Source: Pseudomonadota bacterium (GTDB taxonomy: Bacteria > Bdellovibrionota > Bdellovibrionia > Bdellovibrionales > Bdellovibrionaceae). Taken from it: a DNA stretch of 64,000 nucleotides. The stretch lies in the NCBI GenBank assembly GCA_041178425.1, contig JBEGVH010000010.1:96001-160000 (forward strand), written 5' to 3'. Below the pieces are notes generated by a model. The model did no database searches and had not been told where the DNA came from. It worked only from the letters and a program-made list of their open reading frames with translations. How positions within the stretch are numbered: position 1 is the stretch's first letter; each line of letters opens with the position of its first letter. The translations under genes and the position numbers were made by a program. This document shows positions 50,367 to 58,737 of this stretch, in pieces.

Positions 50367-51806
50367 GTGCACTCTCTGTTAAAAAAGATCTTTTTTCTCG
50401 ATTCACGCTCACTCGCCCTTTTCCGAATTTTATTGGGTTTTTTTCTTATTGCTGATCTTATTACACGAGTCGCTGATCTCACCGAATTTTACACCGATGA
50501 GGGAGTACTTCCTCGATCCGCTTTGGTTGGACAATTTTCAAGTCCTTGGGTAATTTCTCCTCTCAATGCCTTCGGACACCATTCGCTTATTTTTGTTTAT
50601 ATGCTCGTGGCACTCTCCGTATACCTCGCCTTTCTTGTTGGCTACCGCACCCGAATAGCGACGTTTCTCTCGTGGATTTTCTTTTGCTCTTTCTCCGCTC
50701 GCAACTCAGTGATTGCGCATGGTGGAGATGATCTCGTCCGACTTTGTCTCTTTTGGTCAATGTTTTTAAATCTCGATACGAAATGGGCCCTTCATCGACG
50801 TCCCAACTCGCCACAATCGCTTGTCGCCAGTATGGCCTTCATTAGCCAACTTTTAATGATGTACTTTGGGACCGCCCTCCTGAAGTGGCACCCGATTTGG
50901 CACACAGAGGGAACGGCCATCTATTACGCACTTAACCTCGATGGGTTTACAACTTCGATGGGGCATTGGTTTTCTCAGTTGCCCCTAGGGATACTGAAAC
51001 TGTTCTCTTTTGCAACTTTAGGTTTGGAGTTACTCGGACCATGGCTCTGGCTACTCTGCTTTCGCGAATGGCGGTATCGAACCCATATTATCGCGATTTT
51101 TATTCTCTTTCACTTGGGTTTGATTTTTACCCTCGAACTTGGACCATTTCCTTTTGCCTGTATCATTTATTGGTTAGCCCTTCTGCCCGCAGAAATTTGG
51201 CAAGACCTTGCTACCCGCTTTCCGAAATACCAGGACGGTTTGCGACCCGATGTCACCTTTGACGACTACCTAAAAAAAATCTCTATCGCTACTTATTTAA
51301 AGACGGTGTTTATTCTTATCTGCTGGGGTATTGCCGTGGCTTGGAATGTTGCCACTTTTTCCGATAAGGATTCGATTAGTCTATCACCCTATACTTATCG
51401 AGCTGGAAATATTTTACGACTTCATCAGAAGTGGGAAATGTTCGCACCATTCCCAAAAACGAGTGATACCTGGCTCGTCGTAAACACAAGGCTTTTTAAT
51501 GAAACCACGTGGGATATACTCAATGACCGGCCAACGAGTTTTGAGAAGCCTAACCATCTTGCCGATGATATGGTCGATACGCTCTGGAGAAAATATCTCA
51601 TCAATCTCACAACAGTTGCCTTCAAAGACCACTTACCCCACTTTAGCCGTTGGCTTTGCCGGGATTGGAACTCCAGTCAGAAAAACGTTAACCATAAAGC
51701 CATTCATTTAGAAATCTGGATGATTGGGGAGAGAACACCTCCCCCCGGTGCAAAAGCGCAGCCCCTTGAAAAATTAAAAATCTGGGACCACTTCTGTATC
51801 GATTAA
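50367..51806 (+). CDS. HTTM-domain membrane protein
   Basis: DSRSLALFRI, FYTDEGVLPR, LVGYRTR, GGD, W..GTA, QKWEMFAP. Confidence 0.85.
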   Translation: MHSLLKKIFFLDSRSLALFRILLGFFLIADLITRVADLTEFYTDEGVLPRSALVGQFSSPWVISPLNAFGHHSLIFVYMLVALSVYLAFLVGYRTRIATFLSWIFFCSFSARNSVIAHGGDDLVRLCLFWSMFLNLDTKWALHRRPNSPQSLVASMAFISQLLMMYFGTALLKWHPIWHTEGTAIYYALNLDGFTTSMGHWFSQLPLGILKLFSFATLGLELLGPWLWLLCFREWRYRTHIIAIFILFHLGLIFTLELGPFPFACIIYWLALLPAEIWQDLATRFPKYQDGLRPDVTFDDYLKKISIATYLKTVFILICWGIAVAWNVATFSDKDSISLSPYTYRAGNILRLHQKWEMFAPFPKTSDTWLVVNTRLFNETTWDILNDRPTSFEKPNHLADDMVDTLWRKYLINLTTVAFKDHLPHFSRWLCRDWNSSQKNVNHKAIHLEIWMIGERTPPPGAKAQPLEKLKIWDHFCID

Positions 51807-51812
51807 CCCTCG

Positions 51813-52172
51813 CTATTCGCAGAGAATTTTTCCACGAGCGAGAAGCGTGATTTTTTCTTTTCTATCTGCGGGAGCAGTATTCCCAAGACCCGTGTCTTCG
51901 AGGGCATTCCAATCTCTCAAAAGAGGCATCGCTACTTCGCAGAATTGAGAAGTCGTTATTTTTCCGGAGCAGTGCTCGGCTTCGAATTGAAATAGTCTAG
52001 CGCGGAGAAGTTCACTCCGATTAATAAATCCTTTTCGTGCCATATCTTCAACATCCACTAGCAAAGTCGCTGCTCTTGCTGCCACCTCGGTGTCACCTTT
52101 TTTGCAATCTAAAAACGAGTGCGCATGCGCTGTGCCTGTCATTAGCATGAAACAGATAATAAGTTTTTTCAT
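51813..52172 (-). CDS. Small secreted Cys-containing hypothetical protein
   Basis: SD GGGAGG; signal peptide MKKLIICFMLMTGTAHA; four Cys in the mature part. Confidence 0.7.
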   Translation of the reverse strand: MKKLIICFMLMTGTAHAHSFLDCKKGDTEVAARAATLLVDVEDMARKGFINRSELLRARLFQFEAEHCSGKITTSQFCEVAMPLLRDWNALEDTGLGNTAPADRKEKITLLARGKILCE

Positions 52173-52277
52173 CTAAGGAACCTCCCCAATATTTGAACGG
52201 CAATATTCTTCTTAAAACAGACCCGGTCAACCAATTCTTCTTGTTCTCTTTACCTCTTCGTTTTATGAAATTCCCCT

Positions 52278-53258
52278 ATGTTAATGAAACCATTTGAAAT
52301 TGAAATCACACGCGGACCCCAAACTGAAAGTAGACACTTCGTTCACGGAGTTATTTATGGACAAAAGGGCCATGTGCTTGAAGTCTATGGGAATTCCCAG
52401 CTTCCAGTTTTTCCGCGTTCTTCCTTAAAACCCATTCAGGCGTTACCTCTCATTCAAACAGGTGCCGCCGATCACTTCAATATAACCGATGCGGAACTAG
52501 CATTGGCCTGTGCTTCCCACCGTGGCGAACCCATGCATATTGAACCCATTCGAGCTTGGTTGGCCCGGATAGGCCACCAAGAAGCTGATCTAGAATGCGG
52601 AACTCATCCGCCCGTTCACCAAGAAAGCCTCTTCCATCTTCTGCGCTCGCACAATCTTCCTAGTCCCGTTCACAACAATTGTTCTGGCAAGCACACAGGA
52701 ATGCTCATGACTGCTAAACACCTGGGAGAATCACACAAGAATTATGTTTCATTAAGTCATCCGGTCCAACAAAGAATTTTGAAGGAAGTCGAAACTTTTT
52801 GTGAGTTTACTTTTGGCAATGAATCTCTGGGAGTTGATGGCTGTTCGATTCCAGCGCCATGTCTACCCTTGGAAAATCTCGCGAAGGGCTTCGCTGAGTG
52901 GATTGCTCCTCAGCGCGCTGACGAGCTTACGGCAAAGGCTTGCACGAGAATATACAAAGCCTTTGTTGATCATCCTTTGCTCACAGCTGGAACAGGTCAC
53001 TATTGCTCTGAAGTCATGATTGAAACCAAAGGTCGTGCCCTCGTGAAGGGCGGAGCTGAGGGTGTGATTGTTGCTGCCATCCCGGAACTCCAAATGGGAA
53101 TCGCTCTAAAAACCCTCGATGGAAATACTCGAGCCAGTGATCATTGCATGAGTGTGATTTTAGAGAGACTTGGGTTGTTGTCGTCCTCGAGCTTATTATT
53201 GAACCCGCACATTCAAAACTGGAATCAAATCGAGACCGGAGAAATCCGTCTTAAATGA
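52278..53258 (+). CDS. Rhizobium etli-type (class 3) L-asparaginase II
   Basis: RSSLKPIQA, CASHRGE, HNNCSGKH, DGCS, KGGAEG. Confidence 0.88.
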   Translation: MLMKPFEIEITRGPQTESRHFVHGVIYGQKGHVLEVYGNSQLPVFPRSSLKPIQALPLIQTGAADHFNITDAELALACASHRGEPMHIEPIRAWLARIGHQEADLECGTHPPVHQESLFHLLRSHNLPSPVHNNCSGKHTGMLMTAKHLGESHKNYVSLSHPVQQRILKEVETFCEFTFGNESLGVDGCSIPAPCLPLENLAKGFAEWIAPQRADELTAKACTRIYKAFVDHPLLTAGTGHYCSEVMIETKGRALVKGGAEGVIVAAIPELQMGIALKTLDGNTRASDHCMSVILERLGLLSSSSLLLNPHIQNWNQIETGEIRLK

Positions 53259-53314
53259 GAAGCTTTTCTAGCGGCAAAGAGGAGTATTTCCGCTCGAGCC
53301 GAGGGGTATGCAAC

Positions 53315-53842
53315 TCATCGGCCAGAAATTCTATGATCAAGCGACAGATCTAAAAGAAGACTTTCGATCGCCATTTGAATGCGGGCAGGATGCCTTTGTA
53401 AATCAATTTTATTTTTATTCACCACGATGTCTACTTCACTGATCACCATCCGCGCCTCATCCCAATAGGCATCCATTTCAGCCGTTTCTTCTTCCGATGT
53501 TTTATTCAAATTGGTTCGAAAATAGACCCCATTTTTCCCATCTTCCAAGGGGATGTTATTGTTCTCAAGCAGTCTTGATGAATCAATACGAAATACAACC
53601 TGTGGATTTGACTTATCGTAGGAACGAAGGCGATTCACATTGATTATGGCCTCTCGAACGATCCGGGCCAACTCCAGCGGAACATCCTTATGGATTTTTA
53701 GCGATATAGGATCCACCATTCGCGTCAGATAGCCTCCCTCCCCATCGGGGGGAAGGTTATGGATAGGCTCAGCAAAAGACCGTAAACCCCAAAAAAATGT
53801 TAAACCCATGGCAAACTTTGTCAGCGCAGAAGACACAAACAC
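53315..53842 (-). CDS. Secreted hypothetical protein, matrixin-like without HExxH
   Basis: Signal-like N-terminus; DGKNGVYF...ISEVDIVVN...LSLDH. Confidence 0.55.
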   Translation of the reverse strand: MFVSSALTKFAMGLTFFWGLRSFAEPIHNLPPDGEGGYLTRMVDPISLKIHKDVPLELARIVREAIINVNRLRSYDKSNPQVVFRIDSSRLLENNNIPLEDGKNGVYFRTNLNKTSEEETAEMDAYWDEARMVISEVDIVVNKNKIDLQRHPARIQMAIESLLLDLSLDHRISGR

Positions 53843-53900
53843 CTCTCAAAACGAACATCAGGGCACCCATGCAAGAGAGGCCCCGTTGAGAAGATGACTC

Positions 53901-53916
53901 TGCAAAGCGAACGCCA
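53901..53916 (-). promoter_or_regulatory. Putative sigma54 promoter
   Basis: TGGCGTTCGCTTTGCA (GG-N10-GC) between ampG and the 53842 gene. Confidence 0.6.
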
Positions 53917-53935
53917 ATTGGCCACGCAGCAAACA

Positions 53936-55186
53936 TCAAGCGCTGACTGGGACATAGGCCGCATCCATGCCCCTGCGGTGGATGTAAATGGCTAGAAAAA
54001 TTCCAGGAACGGCAATGAGCGAACATCCAATGAAAAACTGCGCCCACCCAAGCTGCTCCACCATAATTCCTGCAAAACCCGAAAAGAAATTTCTTCCTAA
54101 AGTCGCAAAGCTCGAAAGGAGCGCATATTGTGTCGCTGTGAATCGGCGGTTGGTTAGCTGAGCCATAAACGACAAAAATGCCGCACTTCCCATCCCACTC
54201 GTTAAGTCTTCAAATACAACGGCTACCGCGAGCGCCCAGCTTTGTGGTCCGGTGAAAACGAGAGTCGCGAAAAAAGCCGTTGATAGCGCCTGCAGGATTC
54301 CAAACAGAATGAGGGATCGGTAGATTTTTAATTTTGTGAGTAAAATACCACCCAAAAATAAACCAAACAAAGAAGACACCAGGCCTACTGTTTTTGCAAT
54401 GTACCCAACCTGCTGATTTGTGAAGTTAACATCAACATAAAATTTATTTAGCATTTGCCCCGAAAGAGAATCACCCATTTTGAAGGCAATAACAAACAAG
54501 AGGCACAAAAGGGCTCCTGGTCGACTCAGAAACTCTTTAAAGGGCTCGATGACAGCTTCTTTCAGGGTACGTACTGGTGCTTCCGTTAACTGTGGTTCCG
54601 GAATAAACAAGGTAGTAACAAAACCCACACCCATGAGCGCCGCCATTAATAAATACAACTGCTGCCAAGATAAAAAGTTTGGCCCATCACCAACCAAACC
54701 AACCCCCAACCCTCCAGACACGAGCATTGCCACTCGATATCCATAAGTAGTCATCGAGGCCCCCAGACCCATTTCTTCTTCTGGCAAAAACTCTCTGCGA
54801 AAAGCATCGATCACCGCATCTTGGGTTGAACTAAAAAAAGCAACCATGATCGCAGTAATCACCATAGGGGTGAGTGTCGTGCCAGGGTTTAAGGTGCTCA
54901 TGAAGGCAATGGCAATAATCAATGCTATTTGTGTAAGAAAAAGCCAACTTCGACGACGTCCGAATCGCGTTAACTCGTATCGATCTAACAGTGGTGCCCA
55001 GACGAATTTTAGGGAATATGCCATTCCCACCCAACTCAAAAAACCAATGGTTTTTACGTCGATGCCCTCGCGAGCTAACCACATCTTAAAAGTTCCGCCC
55101 GTCAGCAAGAGCGGTAGGCCGCTGGAAAAGCCCATCAAAACGGTCACTACCATTCGCTTCCACAATGTTTGCTGAATATTAGACAT
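53936..55186 (-). CDS. ampG: Muropeptide MFS permease
   Basis: GFSSGLPLLL, KFVWAPLLD, GRRRSW, SSTQDAVIDAFR, ATQYALLSS. Confidence 0.93.
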   Translation of the reverse strand: MSNIQQTLWKRMVVTVLMGFSSGLPLLLTGGTFKMWLAREGIDVKTIGFLSWVGMAYSLKFVWAPLLDRYELTRFGRRRSWLFLTQIALIIAIAFMSTLNPGTTLTPMVITAIMVAFFSSTQDAVIDAFRREFLPEEEMGLGASMTTYGYRVAMLVSGGLGVGLVGDGPNFLSWQQLYLLMAALMGVGFVTTLFIPEPQLTEAPVRTLKEAVIEPFKEFLSRPGALLCLLFVIAFKMGDSLSGQMLNKFYVDVNFTNQQVGYIAKTVGLVSSLFGLFLGGILLTKLKIYRSLILFGILQALSTAFFATLVFTGPQSWALAVAVVFEDLTSGMGSAAFLSFMAQLTNRRFTATQYALLSSFATLGRNFFSGFAGIMVEQLGWAQFFIGCSLIAVPGIFLAIYIHRRGMDAAYVPVSA

Positions 55187-55272
55187 GGATTGATCCTTTG
55201 AATAACCAAGTTATCGAGATGAGAATCCTTCATCCCACTCAGGTTAGACTAAGGCCATAGGGCACTCTGGGT

Positions 55273-56913
55273 CTAGATAAATGTTAACTTACGCATCTTC
55301 CACAATAGGTGACTGATATACGGTCGTCTGGTCTCTCCGGTGGTCACCATGAGAAGCTTGGTTATTTTCAAATTTTTTGGATCTGTAAAAAGCAAAATGA
55401 GCATCTCTCGAATGAAATTTGTGTTGAGCGTAACGTAGTTATCAGTTCCGACCCCCAGCTGAACATTCTTTTTCTCCCACCAAGAAAAGGGATGGTCTTT
55501 AAAATCCTGAAATTTTCCGGTGAGTTTATTGTTTGATGATGGAAGCGCAACAAGAGAAACACCTTTATCAATCAATCGATTGAGAACATCATGTTGATAG
55601 TGTTCTACTTCTCTTGCCGTATGAAACTTGGCCTTTAGAAAAAGCGTCACTTCATCATCATTTAGACGATGACCCCTTATAAGTTTATCACAAACCGCCT
55701 GATTCGGGCCCCAGTCCATATCAATGAGTTCTTTGTAGGCCTCTGTCCCAATGGGAACATGCTGACCAGCTTTATTCATTTCCACCACGCGTTGGAAAAT
55801 TCGATGGAAGTAAAAATTGGGGTTTATGCCCAGACTCACCCCATGCTCGAGCGTGTCGATATGCCAAATGTTCATGGCATTATCAACGGCCTGAATCCCT
55901 TTTTTAAGAGTGTGCCAAACTTCGCCATGATGCGATCGAATCTTGAAGCCTCGATATTGAAGTTTTCGAAACCCGGTGAATAACTCATTAAAATGCTCTT
56001 TACGAAACAGATCTAACTCGCTTCCTACCGTGTCTACATCGGTCATGTAAGCTTCGAGTTCAGGATATTTTTCTAACATGTAGATGAGAGTGTTAACCTG
56101 TTCTTGAAAATGCTCTTTACGATCGCCGAAGCGAGCAGAGTCAAAAAAATCTTTTTCTTTTCTAAAGGAGGGCGAAAGAATAAAGTCAAAATCAGGCCGT
56201 TCCTTTTTGAATGCCATAAAGCCTTCAAATAAGCCGAGAATAACATCTTCGGATGAAACATCATCAGAGCCTGGAATATTTTCTCCCGAAGCAGAGCTCG
56301 CACGTGCCAAAGTAAATTTTAGACGCACTTTACCAACGTTGTACCGATGGTAAAGTTCATTAGCCATATGATAGGCAGACTCTTTATGGGCCTCGCGATC
56401 AACTAAAATCAATTTAGCAAGGTAGAGAATTTTCAAATACGAATTGAAACCTTCATTCTCACTTAGACGAATCAAAGCATCAACATCGGCCACTTTATTG
56501 ATAGGCAAGGAATCCGGACCATATACTTCTTTTATCTTCTTTTCATAAAGAGCCTTGTTGGGTCCTTCGAGAAGTTTCTGCACTCGAGGAAATATAAACT
56601 CAGCCGTTAGTGAGCCGGTAAGGTGAATGTGCTCTTCATTATACTTGATAGGAAAATGTCTAAAAAATTCAAAAAGTGCCTTAGAAACTGGGTGCTCCAA
56701 GAGTGTGTTAATTGAGACACGGTCTTGCTGAAAATCAGATAGTAACTCTCTAAATTCTCTAACACTATCAAAGGCTGCTTCATTCTTGTTTTTAAGGTCA
56801 CTTTGCAAAATAAGCTCAAGCGTATCTTGCAGGCTTATTCCATTTGTTTCGCTGATCATTCCAGTTAGCGACTTTGTCAATTCATGTATGAGTCTATCTT
56901 GTGCCTTCAACAT
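55273..56913 (-). CDS. Divergent adenosine/AMP deaminase-like amidohydrolase
   Basis: EEHIHLTGSL, DTVGSE, SHHGE, LEHG, PSSN, GVGTDN. Confidence 0.7.
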   Translation of the reverse strand: MLKAQDRLIHELTKSLTGMISETNGISLQDTLELILQSDLKNKNEAAFDSVREFRELLSDFQQDRVSINTLLEHPVSKALFEFFRHFPIKYNEEHIHLTGSLTAEFIFPRVQKLLEGPNKALYEKKIKEVYGPDSLPINKVADVDALIRLSENEGFNSYLKILYLAKLILVDREAHKESAYHMANELYHRYNVGKVRLKFTLARASSASGENIPGSDDVSSEDVILGLFEGFMAFKKERPDFDFILSPSFRKEKDFFDSARFGDRKEHFQEQVNTLIYMLEKYPELEAYMTDVDTVGSELDLFRKEHFNELFTGFRKLQYRGFKIRSHHGEVWHTLKKGIQAVDNAMNIWHIDTLEHGVSLGINPNFYFHRIFQRVVEMNKAGQHVPIGTEAYKELIDMDWGPNQAVCDKLIRGHRLNDDEVTLFLKAKFHTAREVEHYQHDVLNRLIDKGVSLVALPSSNNKLTGKFQDFKDHPFSWWEKKNVQLGVGTDNYVTLNTNFIREMLILLFTDPKNLKITKLLMVTTGETRRPYISHLLWKMRKLTFI

Positions 56914-57021
56914 GCCACCAGTCTACTGCCTGTACACCAGAGAGTCTAACTTTATCACCACACTCGCTCCAAAAGAGCGGTCTAGCAAAATACTTTATAT
57001 TTAGATAAGACCTTTAACGCT

Positions 57022-57558
57022 CTAACCAGCCTTAAGGTTGAGGTAGGCCTTCCAGGTCACCGGTAAAGTTGCTGAATTCTTTAACTCCAACTCAACGGCA
57101 GTCATCCACGCCGGGGCTTCTGGCTCTCGCAACAGTGGCATGCCCGCGGCGGCTGGTGTTCGGTTGCCCTTCCTTTGATTGCAGTTGCGACAGGCGGCTA
57201 CCACATTACTCCAAGTCTCAGGGCCCTGCTTAGACACAGGAATCACATGGTCTATAGTGAGTTCTTTTTGCGAACATTTCTTGCCACAATATTGGCAGGT
57301 CGAGGAGTCTCTCAGATAAACATTTTGTTTTGAGAATCTAACAAATCGAAAAGGCGCGTAGGACACATAGGACTTTAGTCGTATAATACTTGGAACAGGA
57401 AATTTAACCCTGGGAGTGCTAACAAAAAATTGATGAAACTCGACCACCTCCACCTTCTCGGTGAGCCACATAATCATGGCTTTTTGCCAACTTATAATTT
57501 TTAAAGCCTCATAGGATGCGTTAAGTAATAAGGCTGCTTTTTTCTGAATATTTTTTAT
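57022..57558 (-). CDS. HNH endonuclease; start uncertain (non-canonical or frameshifted)
   Basis: RDSSTCQYCG..LTIDHVIP..GPETWSNVVAACRNCNQRKG; the in-frame upstream segment ALLLNASYEALKIISWQKA precedes the first ATG (57477). Confidence 0.85.
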   Translation of the reverse strand: MKNIQKKAALLLNASYEALKIISWQKAMIMWLTEKVEVVEFHQFFVSTPRVKFPVPSIIRLKSYVSYAPFRFVRFSKQNVYLRDSSTCQYCGKKCSQKELTIDHVIPVSKQGPETWSNVVAACRNCNQRKGNRTPAAAGMPLLREPEAPAWMTAVELELKNSATLPVTWKAYLNLKAG

Positions 57559-57679
57559 CTTTTCTTTGACTGCCCCCCTGTCTTTGCATTGACAATACTT
57601 ATATTGTAGTTAACTTAGAACTATAGAAGCAAGGCCCTAGGCCATTCTAAAGTTTTTCAATAGGATATAATAAGTTTTT

Positions 57680-58165
57680 ATGCCATCGTTCGATATCGTC
57701 TCAGAAATAAACATACAAGAAGCCGACAACGCCGTTAATCAAGCCCTCAAAGAAATCGAAGGTCGTTATGATTTTAAAGGTAGCAAAAGCGAATTAACTT
57801 GGGACAAAAAAGAAATTTCGCTTATCGCTGAAGACGATTATAAAATCGGTGCCATGAAAGACATTCTCCAATCAAAGTTTCATCGCCGTGGCATCGATAT
57901 GCGAGCGCTACAATACGGAAAAATCGAAGAAGCCGGCGGACGAATGCTTCGGCAAAAAATTACTTTAAGCCAGGGAATCGATAAAGAGAAAGCAAAGGAC
58001 ATTACGACATTTCTTCGCGACACGAAATTGAAGATTCAACCACAATTGACCGATGACAAAGTTCGCGTTTCCTCAAAAAGTATTGATACTCTTCAGGAGA
58101 CTATGAGCCTCCTGCGCGCGAAAGACTTCGGAATTCCGCTCCAATTCAACAACATGCGTTCGTGA
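57680..58165 (+). CDS. yajQ: YajQ family cyclic-di-GMP/nucleotide-binding protein
   Basis: MPSFDIVS, RYDFKGS, QGI, VRV, LQFNN. Confidence 0.95.
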   Translation: MPSFDIVSEINIQEADNAVNQALKEIEGRYDFKGSKSELTWDKKEISLIAEDDYKIGAMKDILQSKFHRRGIDMRALQYGKIEEAGGRMLRQKITLSQGIDKEKAKDITTFLRDTKLKIQPQLTDDKVRVSSKSIDTLQETMSLLRAKDFGIPLQFNNMRS

Positions 58166-58244
58166 GGTTTGATTTTCGACGGAATAGTTTAATAATATTA
58201 TTTTTAGCCTCAGATTTTCTGAGGAGGTTTATAAGGAGGCCCAA

Positions 58245-58628
58245 GTGGGTAAGAAGTTATATGTAGGCAATTTGCCTTTTACGATCGATGATCAACAATT
58301 GCACCAGGCGTTCTCGAGCTATGGCCAAGTTATGTCGGCCAAAGTTATCATGGACAGAGACTCTGGCCGAAGCAAAGGCTTCGGATTTGTTGAGATGTCA
58401 ACTGATGAAGAAGCTCAAAATGCATTGGGCTCGCTCAATGGCACCCAACTTGGTGGCAGAGACATTAACGTATCAGAAGCTCGCGATCCAGGACCTCGCA
58501 CTGGCGGCGGCGGTCCTCGCGGTGGTGGATTCCGTGGTGGCCGTGGCGGTGGCGGCGGCGGCCCTCGTGGTAACGGTGGTCCTCGTGGCGGCGGCAACAG
58601 ACCTCCTCGCCGTTTTGGTGACGACTAG
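58245..58628 (+). CDS. RRM RNA-binding protein with a Gly/Arg-rich (RGG) tail
   Basis: RNP2 LYVGNL, RNP1 KGFGFVEM, GGPRGG repeats. Confidence 0.95.
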   Translation: MGKKLYVGNLPFTIDDQQLHQAFSSYGQVMSAKVIMDRDSGRSKGFGFVEMSTDEEAQNALGSLNGTQLGGRDINVSEARDPGPRTGGGGPRGGGFRGGRGGGGGGPRGNGGPRGGGNRPPRRFGDD

Positions 58629-58653
58629 TTTTTGGTTTGATTCAATCAAGGAC

Positions 58654-58683
58654 AAAGGGCTGGGAATAACAGCCCTTTTTTTT
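58654..58683 (+). terminator. Rho-independent terminator
   Basis: AAAGGGCTG-ggaataa-CAGCCCTTT plus T-run after the RRM gene. Confidence 0.8.
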
Positions 58684-58737
58684 GGTTTTAAGAACCCAGC
58701 CTATCCTGTGTGACCAGCTATGGTATTCTAAAAGTGA

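Noticed and set aside
55273..57558. HNH plus deaminase as an anti-phage system
   Set aside because: Separate promoters, housekeeping neighbours, no ATPase partner, no island or mobile-element context
58288..58713. Val/Ala-, Pro- and Thr-rich alternative-frame ORFs and GGC/GGT repeats
   Set aside because: Explained by the Gly-rich tail of the RRM protein; not a CRISPR array or VNTR
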